Assembly (NCBI GenBank): GCA_963778075.1
Contig: CAVZTJ010000007.1
Span: 4,134 to 68,133 of the forward strand
Source of the DNA: an uncultured Actinomycetota bacterium
GTDB lineage: Bacteria > Actinomycetota > Actinomycetes > Streptosporangiales > Streptosporangiaceae
Reading direction: 5' to 3'
DNA: 64,000 nt
Each line of letters opens with the position of its first letter. The stretch's first letter is position 1. The notes under the pieces were generated by a model. The model did no database searches and was not told the origin of the DNA. It saw only the letters and a list, made by a program, of their open reading frames with translations. Below, in pieces: positions 1 through 7,516 of this stretch. The position numbers and the translations under genes were made by a program.

Positions 1-1
1 A

Positions 2-703
2 CTGACGCGCGGGCTGTCCCTGCTGGTGTGCGAGCACTCGACGAGCAGCGTCGTGGTCGAGCATCCGTCCGGAAGGCGCGAGGTGCTCGCCAGCCATTGG
101 GGCGACCGGGAGCTCAACGCCCCCAACGACATCGTCACCGGGCGCGACGACTCGATCTACTTCTCCGACCCCGTCTACGGGCGGATGCCTGTGGACGGCA
201 TCGAGCGCGACCAGGACCTCGATTTCCAGGGCCTGTACCGGATCTTGCCGTCCGGTGAGCTGCAGCTTCTCGTGGACGACTTCGACCAGCCCAACGGGCT
301 GTGTTTCTCGCCCGGCTACGACAGGCTCTACGTCAACGACACTCCGCGCTGTCACATACGGGTTTTCGGCGTGGCCGAGAACGGCGCGCTCCGGGGCGGC
401 GAGGTGTTCCACGAGAACATCGGCACCGGCGTCGTCGGCCCGACCGGCGAGCCCGAGGGTGGCGTCCCCGACGGGATGAAATGCGACGAGCTCGGCAACG
501 TGTATTGCACCGGCCCGGACGGGATCTGGGTCATCGAGCCGGGCGGCTCGTGCGTCGGGGTCATCCCCGTACCTGAGATCGTCGCGAACCTGAACTGGGG
601 GGACTCGGACTGGAAGACGCTTTACGTTGCCGCGACGACCTCGATATACCGGATCCGGATGCGGGTTGCCGGGCACCTGGAGCCGTACATGCAGGCCGGC
701 TGA
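2..703 (+). CDS. SMP-30/gluconolactonase/LRE-family protein (5' end outside window)
   Basis: Frame is open from base 2; track ORF 26..703 starts at an internal Met. Motifs LNAPNDIV, DDSIYFSDP, FDQPNGLCFSP and PDGMKCDELGNVY are blade signatures of the SMP-30/gluconolactonase beta-propeller family. Confidence 0.8.
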   Translation: MTRGLSLLVCEHSTSSVVVEHPSGRREVLASHWGDRELNAPNDIVTGRDDSIYFSDPVYGRMPVDGIERDQDLDFQGLYRILPSGELQLLVDDFDQPNGLCFSPGYDRLYVNDTPRCHIRVFGVAENGALRGGEVFHENIGTGVVGPTGEPEGGVPDGMKCDELGNVYCTGPDGIWVIEPGGSCVGVIPVPEIVANLNWGDSDWKTLYVAATTSIYRIRMRVAGHLEPYMQAG

Positions 704-823
704 TCCGCAGCCCTGCGCAGATGTCCTCTCGAGCTATGCATCGCCTTGGCCGGAGGTCTGGATCCCGGGTGCGACGATCACGATCCCGGGCTGAAAACGC
801 CTCAAACCATCTACAATTGGGGC

Positions 824-2056
824 ATGACCCGGCGGCCCGGCGTGCTGATCGGCAACCGGAGCTTCACGCTGTACTGGACCGCGCGGACGGTGTCCATCGC
901 CGGAAGCCAGATCGCCAGGGTCGCGCTCACCGTGCTGGTCTACCAGCTCGGCGCGGGCCCAGTGGGCGTGAGCGTGCTGCTGCTGGCACTCACCGTGCCG
1001 CGCCTGCTCGGCCCGCTGGCCGGCGTGATCGTCGACCGGGCCGATAACAAGCGGCTGATGGTGGCCTGTGACGTGGCCCAGGCCGTGCTGTTCGCGGCGC
1101 TGGGCTTTGTGCGCTGGTGGCCCGGCGTGATCGCCTTGGTGCTCGCCGCCACCGCGTGCGCAACGCTGTACCAGCCCGCGGGCCGGGGGAACATCCCGGC
1201 TCTCGTGGGCCGCGACCGGCTGGCCCAGGCGAACGCGCAGCTCGCAGCCGGCGCGAACGGTGCCCTGGCGCTCGGCCCGGCCGTGGGCGGGATCTTGCTG
1301 GCCTTAGCCGGAACCAGGTCGGCTCTGCTGGTCAACGCGGCGACGTTCCTATTCTCCGCCGTGCTCACGCTCGGCGTCCGCGGCCTGCGTACCACCGCGA
1401 GCCCGGCCGGCCCGCACGGCCCGGTTACCCTGTTCGGCCAGGCCCGGGCCGGGCTGGGCCTGGTATGGCAGAACCGCGTGGCGAGAGCGGTCGCGATCAT
1501 GCTCCTGCCCGGCGTGGCCTTCGCGTCGCTGGACAACGCGGCGCTCATCTTCCTGGTCCGCAGCGGGTTTCAGGCCGGCGCTGGCGCGTACGCCTGGGTG
1601 GTCACGGCCTACAGCGTCGGCATGGTCGGCCTGCCGCTGCTCGTGGGCGCCTCCGGCAGGCGCTTCGACGCGCGCCGTCTGCTCCTCGGCGGGGAAGGCC
1701 TGTTCGGCGCGGGCACGCTCGCGACCGGCCTGGCCCCGGGCCTGGCGCTGGGCATCGGCGCCCAGGTCGCCGCCGGCGCGGGAAACGGCATGGAGAACAT
1801 CGGCGTGGACACACTTTTGCAGGAATCGGCGCCCAACGAGCAGCTTGGCATGGTCTTCGGCACCGTCTATGCCGCCGCGTACGCGGGCCAGATCATGACC
1901 TACCTGGTTGCGGCCCCGGTGATCGCGGCGATCGGGCCGCGGGGCACGTTCCTGCTGGCGGGAGCCGGGGTGCTCGCCGCTCTCAGCTGCCTGGCGTGGC
2001 TGTTGCCGTCTCGTCAGCCGGGCCGGGCCGGTGAGGTGGGTGAGGTCGGTGAGTGA
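824..2056 (+). CDS. MFS transporter (enterobactin-exporter-like MFS_3 type)
   Basis: Track ORF 746..2056; ATG 824 (MTRRPGVLIGNRSFTLYW) is preferred. About 12 hydrophobic helices and the loop motif GVIVDRADNKRLM. Confidence 0.8.
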   Translation: MTRRPGVLIGNRSFTLYWTARTVSIAGSQIARVALTVLVYQLGAGPVGVSVLLLALTVPRLLGPLAGVIVDRADNKRLMVACDVAQAVLFAALGFVRWWPGVIALVLAATACATLYQPAGRGNIPALVGRDRLAQANAQLAAGANGALALGPAVGGILLALAGTRSALLVNAATFLFSAVLTLGVRGLRTTASPAGPHGPVTLFGQARAGLGLVWQNRVARAVAIMLLPGVAFASLDNAALIFLVRSGFQAGAGAYAWVVTAYSVGMVGLPLLVGASGRRFDARRLLLGGEGLFGAGTLATGLAPGLALGIGAQVAAGAGNGMENIGVDTLLQESAPNEQLGMVFGTVYAAAYAGQIMTYLVAAPVIAAIGPRGTFLLAGAGVLAALSCLAWLLPSRQPGRAGEVGEVGE

Positions 2057-2780
2057 GCACGGCCAGGTAGTTCACCGGATCCACGCCAACGACGTCGGTC
2101 AGCTCCCAGGTGGTGGGCGCGACCAGCGCGGCGAGCTCCTCGGGGGAGCACAGCAGATAGTCAAACCAGGGGCTGGCCAGGTCGCGGTGGCGGACCCGGA
2201 TCGTCATCTGTCCCGGCATCCGGCCCAGTTCCCGGTTGCGCTCCTGGTACCTGATGTGAGCGGCGTCGTCGGACGGCGCCGGGTCGGCGCCGTGCGCGAT
2301 AATGCGCGCGCCGGGGCTGGCCATCGCGGTCAGCTCGGCGAGAAACTGGCGCGCCCGGCCGGCGCTCTCCAGCAGGCCGAGGTTCTCGCCCATGAGCAGG
2401 AAGGTGTCATACCGCTCGCCCGCAGCGGCGTGGTCCGACACGGTGCCGAGCACGGCGTGGCCCACCCCGCGCTGGCGCGACACATCCACGGCTCCGGGTG
2501 AGATATCCAGCGCGGTGACCGGCAGCCCGCGGGCCTGCAGGGCGAGCGCGTACCGGCCCGCGCCGCAGCCGATGTCGAGCACCCGGCCCGCGGCGAAATC
2601 GAGCGCCTGCCGCTCGAACGGGACCCAGGCGGCGGGCTCGGCGAAGTAGCGTTCCGCCGTTGCCGCGCGGATCAGCCCGTCGTCTCGTTCCACGATCTCG
2701 ACCATGGCACCGGCCGATGCCAGCGCGAGCCCGGCGCGGAGCACTTCGCCAAAAGCGTCCCCGACCCTCGGACCCGTCAT
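1983..2780 (-). CDS. class I SAM-dependent methyltransferase
   Basis: VLDIGCGAGRYALAL (GxGxG motif I) followed by VTALDISP (motif II). The 3' tail overlaps the convergent MFS gene end. Confidence 0.8.
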   Translation of the reverse strand: MTGPRVGDAFGEVLRAGLALASAGAMVEIVERDDGLIRAATAERYFAEPAAWVPFERQALDFAAGRVLDIGCGAGRYALALQARGLPVTALDISPGAVDVSRQRGVGHAVLGTVSDHAAAGERYDTFLLMGENLGLLESAGRARQFLAELTAMASPGARIIAHGADPAPSDDAAHIRYQERNRELGRMPGQMTIRVRHRDLASPWFDYLLCSPEELAALVAPTTWELTDVVGVDPVNYLAVLTHRPHPPHRPGPADETATATPGS

Positions 2781-2896
2781 GAATCACACCTTAACCGCCC
2801 ATCCGGTTCGGTAGCTTCCGGTCAGCCCGGACTATTCGGAGGTATGCTAGTAAATACCGGTAAGAGGTATTTCCTGGTTACGCAAGGAGAGTTGCC

Positions 2897-3019
2897 GTGC
2901 AGAAGATGATCTCTCAGCCCACCGGCCGCACGCGAGGGTTCACGCTCGTCGAGCTGCTGAAGACCGGTCATGGCCCCGCCGACCCGGAGGACAAGAAGCC
3001 CGCTCCGGCCGAGAAGTAA
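2897..3019 (+). CDS. small hypothetical peptide, 40 aa (below ORF-track cutoff)
   Basis: GTG 2897 lies 7 nt after the SD aaggag; TAA at 3017-3019. Hand count gives G/C at about 34 of 39 third positions. Encodes VQKMISQPTGRTRGFTLVELLKTGHGPADPEDKKPAPAEK. Confidence 0.3.
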   Translation: MQKMISQPTGRTRGFTLVELLKTGHGPADPEDKKPAPAEK

Positions 3020-3061
3020 TTCCGGGCGCCGGCGGGGCGGGGAGGGTGCGGGGTTGACTCA

Positions 3062-3091
3062 ATATTAGCTATATGGCTATATAGCTAATAT
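3062..3091. promoter_or_regulatory. perfect 13-4-13 inverted repeat, probable ArsR/SmtB operator
   Basis: ATATTAGCTATAT (3062-3074), ggct, ATATAGCTAATAT (3079-3091). AT-rich in GC-rich DNA and overlaps the ATG (3090) of the ArsR gene. Confidence 0.6.
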
Positions 3092-3413
3092 GGCAGCAGA
3101 CGACGAGTCAGTGTTTCGCGCGCTCGCCGATCCGACTCGGCGGCAGATCCTGCAGGATCTTCGCGGCGGGGAACTGTCCGCCGGGGACATCGCCTCGCGG
3201 TTCCCGATCAAGGGCCCATCGGTATCCCGTCACCTGTCCATCCTGAAGGGCGCTGGACTCGTCAGCGAACGCCGGGAGGCCAACCGGATCCTTTACTCCC
3301 TGGCCGGTGACCGGCTCGCGGCCTGTGTTGGCGGGTTCCTCTCAGCGGTATGCCCTGAGCAGGTGGTGCTGCGTCGCCGCCGGGAGAAGCGGCCTGCGGG
3401 TGATACGCCGTGA
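3090..3413 (+). CDS. ArsR/SmtB-family transcriptional regulator
   Basis: FRALADPTRRQILQDL...ELSAGDIASRFPIKGPSVSRHLSILKGAGLV is the canonical ArsR winged-HTH signature. Confidence 0.9.
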   Translation: MAADDESVFRALADPTRRQILQDLRGGELSAGDIASRFPIKGPSVSRHLSILKGAGLVSERREANRILYSLAGDRLAACVGGFLSAVCPEQVVLRRRREKRPAGDTP

Positions 3414-3820
3414 ACCGACCTGCGATCCGGGCCGTCATGGAGCGACGGCTGCTGGTCAACTACCGGGTAGACCCGGACCTGCTGGCTTCGTTCCTGCCCG
3501 CCCCGTTCCTGCCCGCCCTGGTCGGCGGCTACGGCATCGCCGGCATCTGTTCGATCCGGCTGAGCCAGGTCCGCCCGGCTGGCGTTCCCGCCAAACTCGG
3601 GCTGACGTCGGAGAATGCCGCACACCGCGTCGCGGTGTGCTGGGATGACGCGGCCGGGCCGGTCACCGGCGTGTACGTCCCCCGCCGGGACACCTCCTCC
3701 CGGCTTTCCGCGCTGGCCCGCGCGGCCGTGCCGGACAGCGCGTTCCTGATGGGCGGGCTGGCAACGACCTGGCATCCCCAGCCCCCTCTGCGCTTCACGG
3801 CTCGGGTGCCCAAGCCATGA
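3410..3820 (+). CDS. DUF2071-like protein, probably C-terminally truncated
   Basis: RRLLVNYRVDPDLLASFLP...GIAGICSIRLSQVRPAG...GVYVPRRD follows the DUF2071 N-terminal pattern. It is only 136 aa, whereas family members I recall are about 240 aa. GTGA overlap with arsR and ATGA overlap with the next gene. Confidence 0.5.
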   Translation: MNRPAIRAVMERRLLVNYRVDPDLLASFLPAPFLPALVGGYGIAGICSIRLSQVRPAGVPAKLGLTSENAAHRVAVCWDDAAGPVTGVYVPRRDTSSRLSALARAAVPDSAFLMGGLATTWHPQPPLRFTARVPKP

Positions 3821-4395
3821 GGCTCGTGTTCCGGTTCGCGCACTCAGCCGACGTTCCCGCGATCGTCGATCTAGTCGAGTCCGCGTACCGCGGTGAGTCC
3901 AGCCGCGACGGCTGGACCACCGAGGCGGACCTGCTCGACGGCCAGCGCACGGACGCCGAGGCGATCTCCGCGGTGATCGCCGGGCCCGATAGCGTCATGC
4001 TGCTGGCCGAGGCCGGCGGGAGGCTGGTGGGCTGCTGCCAGCTTCAGCAGCGCCGCCCCCAACCCACCTCCCAGGCCCTCTCCACTTCGCGCTTCACTGC
4101 GGAGGCGTACTTCGGCACGTTCGCGGTCCGGCCCGGCGGCCAGGGCCAGGGCTGGGGCGGGCAGATCCTGGCCGAGGCCGAGCGGCTGGCTCGTGCGGAA
4201 TGGAGCGCGGGCACCATGGTGATGAGCGTTCTGGCCCAGCGGCCGGATCTGATCGCCTGGTATGAGCGCCGTGGCTACCGCCGTACCGGTGAGACGACGC
4301 CGTTTCCGTACGGCAACGAGCGGTTCGGCGTGCCCAAGCGGCCGGATCTGAGCTTCGCGATACTGGCGAAGCCCCTGGCCGGGGGGCAGGTCTAG
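3817..4395 (+). CDS. GNAT-family N-acetyltransferase
   Basis: FRFAHSADVPAIVDLVESAYR...FAVRPGGQGQGWGGQILAEAERLA (acetyl-CoA binding Q/RxxGxG motif). Confidence 0.85.
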   Translation: MRLVFRFAHSADVPAIVDLVESAYRGESSRDGWTTEADLLDGQRTDAEAISAVIAGPDSVMLLAEAGGRLVGCCQLQQRRPQPTSQALSTSRFTAEAYFGTFAVRPGGQGQGWGGQILAEAERLARAEWSAGTMVMSVLAQRPDLIAWYERRGYRRTGETTPFPYGNERFGVPKRPDLSFAILAKPLAGGQV

Positions 4396-5093
4396 CTCGA
4401 CTCCCGGGAACGGGGCACGACCAGCCCGGATTCGTAGGCAGTCACGACCGCCTGCGTCCGGTCACGCAGGCCCAGCTTGCCGAGTACCCGGCTGACGTGT
4501 GTCTTGACGGTTTCCTCGGTGACCACGAGCCGGGCCGCTATCTCGGGGTTGGACAGGCCCTCGGCGATCAGCCGGAGCACCTCGGTCTCGCGCGGGGTGA
4601 GCTCGCGCAGCGCGGCCATGGCCGTGGGCGGCGTGGCCTGCAGCGGCCGGATCCGGGAGAACTCGCTGATCAGCCTTCGGGTGACGGCCGGGGCGAGCAG
4701 GGCTTCGCCGGCCGCGATCACGCGCACGGCATCGAACAGGCGCTCCGCGGTGACGTCCTTGAGCAGGAAGCCGCTGGCACCGGCGCACAGCGCGTCGTAG
4801 ACGTAGTCATCCAGGTCGAACGTGGTCAGGATGAGGATGCGCGGACCGCCCTCCTCGCCCGGCTCGGCCAGCTGCCTGGTGGCCTCGATCCCGTCGGTGC
4901 CCGGCATCCGCACGTCCATCAGCACGACGTCGGGGTGCAGCTCGCGGCAGATCCTGACCGCCTCGCTGCCGTTGACCGCGGTGCCGATGACCTCGAAGTC
5001 CGGCTGGGTGTCCAGGAGCGTCGCGAACCCGGTGCGCACCACCTGATGGTCGTCGGCCACCACGATCCTGATGAGCTGGGACGGCGCGGTCAT
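4392..5093 (-). CDS. NarL/LuxR-family response regulator
   Basis: The true start MTAPSQLIRIVVADDHQVVR is the ATG at 5093, which forms an ATGA overlap with the kinase stop. Receiver (DVVLMDVRMPGTDG) plus LuxR HTH (LTPRETEVLRLIAEGLSNPEIA). The 590-aa track ORF is an upstream extension artefact. Confidence 0.9.
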   Translation of the reverse strand: MTAPSQLIRIVVADDHQVVRTGFATLLDTQPDFEVIGTAVNGSEAVRICRELHPDVVLMDVRMPGTDGIEATRQLAEPGEEGGPRILILTTFDLDDYVYDALCAGASGFLLKDVTAERLFDAVRVIAAGEALLAPAVTRRLISEFSRIRPLQATPPTAMAALRELTPRETEVLRLIAEGLSNPEIAARLVVTEETVKTHVSRVLGKLGLRDRTQAVVTAYESGLVVPRSRESS

Positions 5094-6334
5094 GCCGCCG
5101 CGTCCGCCTTGGCGGGCAGCCTGGCCTCGACCAGGAAACCGCCGCCGGGGGCCTCGGCGGTGCGCAGCTCGCCGCCGACGGCGGCGGCCCGCTCGCGCAT
5201 GCCGAGCAGACCGTGGCCGTGCTCCGGCCCTGGCGTGCCCGGCCCGGGAGCGGGGCCCGGCATGCCCGGCCCGGGGGCCGGCCCCGGCATGCCTGGCCCG
5301 GGAGTCGGGCCGGGTCCGTTGTCCCTTATCCGCAGCCTGAGCTCGTCGCCGGTGTAGTGCAGTTCGACGTCGACGGCCGCGCCGGGCGCGTGCCGCCTGG
5401 CGTTGGTGAGCGCCTCCTGGATGATGCGGTAGGCGGCCAGCTCCACCCCGGGATCCAGCGCGGTCAGGGCACCCCGGACGATGAGCCTGGCGCCGGTCCC
5501 CGCGGCCTCCCTGGCCTCGTCCAGCAGCTCGTTGAGCTGCTGGAGGCCCGGCTGGGGCTTGCGTTCGGCCGCCACGGTCTCGGTGTCCTCGCGCAGCACC
5601 CCGAGCAGCCGCCGCATCTCGGTCAGCGCCGCGCGGGCGGTGTCGCCGATCGCGGACAGCCGCTGCGCGCCGGCCGCTGGCATGCCGGGCGTGGCCAGCC
5701 GGGCCGTCTCGGCCTGCACGGCGATCATCGAGATGTGGTGAGCCACCACGTCGTGCAGCTCGCGCGAGATCCGCGCGCGCTCCCCGCGCGCGGTGTGCTC
5801 GAGCAGCGTGCCCGCGATCTCCTGCTGGGTGGCGCTGTGCTGCACGGCCTCGGTGCGCGAACGCCGGGCGGCGCCGGCCCACGCGGCCGCCGGGCCGAGT
5901 GAGGCGGCCATAATCGCCAGGACCCGCAGCTCGACACCGCTGAACAAGGTGTGCGTGGGCGTGGGGCTGACGGCGAGCGACAGCGCCGCCACCAGGAACG
6001 GAAGGACCAGGGCCGCGGGCAGGATCCGTGACCCGCTGTGGCCCAGCCGGTACAGCGCGACCAGCAGCGCGGTCAGGCCTGCCACGGTCAGTACCCGGAA
6101 CCCGAGGAGCGACAGCAGGGTCGCCGCGGCGATCGTCACGGCCGCCGCCGCCGGGTGCGTCCACAGCGTTCCCAGCGGCAGCGTGGTGAGCAGGGCCACC
6201 AGCGCCAGGATCAGCAGCAGGAAGGATCGCGAGGGGGTCGCCGACGCGGACCTGGCCGTGGCACTGGTCAGCGCGCCGACGACGGCCAATCCGGCCAGAG
6301 CGACGCTGGCCAGGATGGGCTGGTACCGGGCCAT
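5090..6334 (-). CDS. sensor histidine kinase, HisKA_3 (DesK/LiaS/YvfT type)
   Basis: Start MARYQPILAS at 6334. It has 5-6 N-terminal TM helices, the H-box ISRELHDVVAHHISMI, the N-box IIQEALTNARRH and the G-box GHGLLGMRERA. Confidence 0.9.
   Translation of the reverse strand: MARYQPILASVALAGLAVVGALTSATARSASATPSRSFLLLILALVALLTTLPLGTLWTHPAAAAVTIAAATLLSLLGFRVLTVAGLTALLVALYRLGHSGSRILPAALVLPFLVAALSLAVSPTPTHTLFSGVELRVLAIMAASLGPAAAWAGAARRSRTEAVQHSATQQEIAGTLLEHTARGERARISRELHDVVAHHISMIAVQAETARLATPGMPAAGAQRLSAIGDTARAALTEMRRLLGVLREDTETVAAERKPQPGLQQLNELLDEAREAAGTGARLIVRGALTALDPGVELAAYRIIQEALTNARRHAPGAAVDVELHYTGDELRLRIRDNGPGPTPGPGMPGPAPGPGMPGPAPGPGTPGPEHGHGLLGMRERAAAVGGELRTAEAPGGGFLVEARLPAKADAAA
5225..5316 (-). 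repeat. Pro/Gly-rich tandem 27-nt duplication within the kinase ATP-binding domain
   Basis: Encodes GPGPTPGPGMPGPAPGPGMPGPAPGPGTPGP. The Met codons (complement cat at 5261-5263 and 5288-5290) are exactly 27 nt apart. Confidence 0.8.
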
Positions 6335-6468
6335 GGCAATCCGCCGCCCGCCTGCCCGCCGGCCATACCCGTCACTCACCAGGCTCACCCTGTTCGCCGC
6401 GCTTACCCAGCTCATCCAGACATTCTCGCTGCTCCGGCGCGATCTGGCGTCCCCCTGGCCGTCCATCT

Positions 6469-6509
6469 CGATGTCCCCCTTGCGGGGGAGCCGCGGGCCG
6501 ATGTCCCCC
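6469..6509. promoter_or_regulatory. direct repeat cgatgtccccc x2 (30-nt spacing) in the TCS/ABC divergent promoter region
   Basis: Copies at 6469-6479 and 6499-6509. The first overlaps the hairpin tccccc-ttgc-ggggga. The regulatory role is inferred only from position. Confidence 0.3.
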
Positions 6510-6580
6510 GTGCCAGCGGCGGCCAAGACGGCTCCGCCGCGTGACGACCGGACCCGGACCCGGTCCCTAGTCTGCCTGGC

Positions 6581-7516
6581 ATGGAAGCAACGATCGAAGT
6601 GACCGGGCTGCGCAAGCGGTTCGGGCCGACCCTGGCACTGGACGGGATGACGTTCACGGTCGGCCCGGGCCAGGTCACCGGCTTTGTTGGGCCGAACGGC
6701 GCGGGGAAGTCGACCACGATGCGGGTGGTCCTCGGGCTGGACGCCGCCGAGCAGGGCACCGCGCTCATCGGCGGCCAGCGTTACCACGACCTGCGGCATC
6801 CGCTGAGCCACGTCGGATCGCTGCTCGATGCGGGCGCCCTGCAGCCCAGCCGCAGCGCCCGCAACCACCTGCTGTGGCTGGCCCACTCGCAGGGCCTGAA
6901 TGCCCGGCGGGTCGATGAGGTGGTCGGGCGGGCGGGCCTGCAGTCCGCGATCAAGCGCAAGGCGGGCGGCTACTCGCTCGGCATGCGGCAGCGGCTCGGT
7001 ATCGCCGCGGCGATGCTGGGCGACCCGCCGATCCTGATGATGGACGAGCCGTTCAACGGCATGGACCCGGAGGGCATCGTGTGGATGCGCGGGTTCCTGC
7101 GGTCGCTCGCCGCCGAGGGGCGCGCGGTGCTGGTATCCAGCCACCTGATGAGCGAGCTCCAGGACACGGCCGATCATCTCGTGGTGGTCGGCCGCGGCAA
7201 GGTCATCGCCGACACCAGCGTCGCCGACCTGATCTCCGCCGCGTCCGGCGACCGGGTCACGGTGCGCACCACCGCGCGCACCGAGGCGATGACCGTGCTG
7301 ACCCGTGCGGGAGCAACCGTGGCAGCCACCGGGCCGGACACGCTGACGGTCTCCGGGCTGACCTCGCAGCGCGTGGTCACGCTGCTGAGCGACGGCGCGG
7401 TGCCGTTCTCCGAGGTGTCCGCGCACCGCGCGACCCTGGAGGAGGCGTACATGGAGCTGACCAGGGACGCTGTCGAGTTCCGCGCCGCGGCGGACAGCAC
7501 GGGGGCGGCGCTATGA
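6581..7516 (+). CDS. ABC transporter ATP-binding protein (ABC-2/DrrA-like)
   Basis: Walker A GPNGAGKSTT, signature YSLGMRQRL, Walker B ILMMDEP. Confidence 0.9.
   Translation: MEATIEVTGLRKRFGPTLALDGMTFTVGPGQVTGFVGPNGAGKSTTMRVVLGLDAAEQGTALIGGQRYHDLRHPLSHVGSLLDAGALQPSRSARNHLLWLAHSQGLNARRVDEVVGRAGLQSAIKRKAGGYSLGMRQRLGIAAAMLGDPPILMMDEPFNGMDPEGIVWMRGFLRSLAAEGRAVLVSSHLMSELQDTADHLVVVGRGKVIADTSVADLISAASGDRVTVRTTARTEAMTVLTRAGATVAATGPDTLTVSGLTSQRVVTLLSDGAVPFSEVSAHRATLEEAYMELTRDAVEFRAAADSTGAAL

Noticed and set aside
2897-3019. Calling the small ORF a genuine type IV pilin or pseudopilin
   Set aside because: The cleavage/methylation motif is present, but the obligatory hydrophobic helix after Glu+5 is absent, no pilus assembly genes are nearby, and the peptide is only 40 aa. 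It is kept only as a low-confidence curiosity.
4392-7426. The 590-aa and 778-aa minus-strand track ORFs taken at face value as giant regulator and kinase proteins
   Set aside because: Homology starts only at MTAPSQLIR (5093) and MARYQPIL (6334). The upstream extensions are Arg/Ala/Pro-rich read-through with no stop codon, and they overlap the neighbouring genes.
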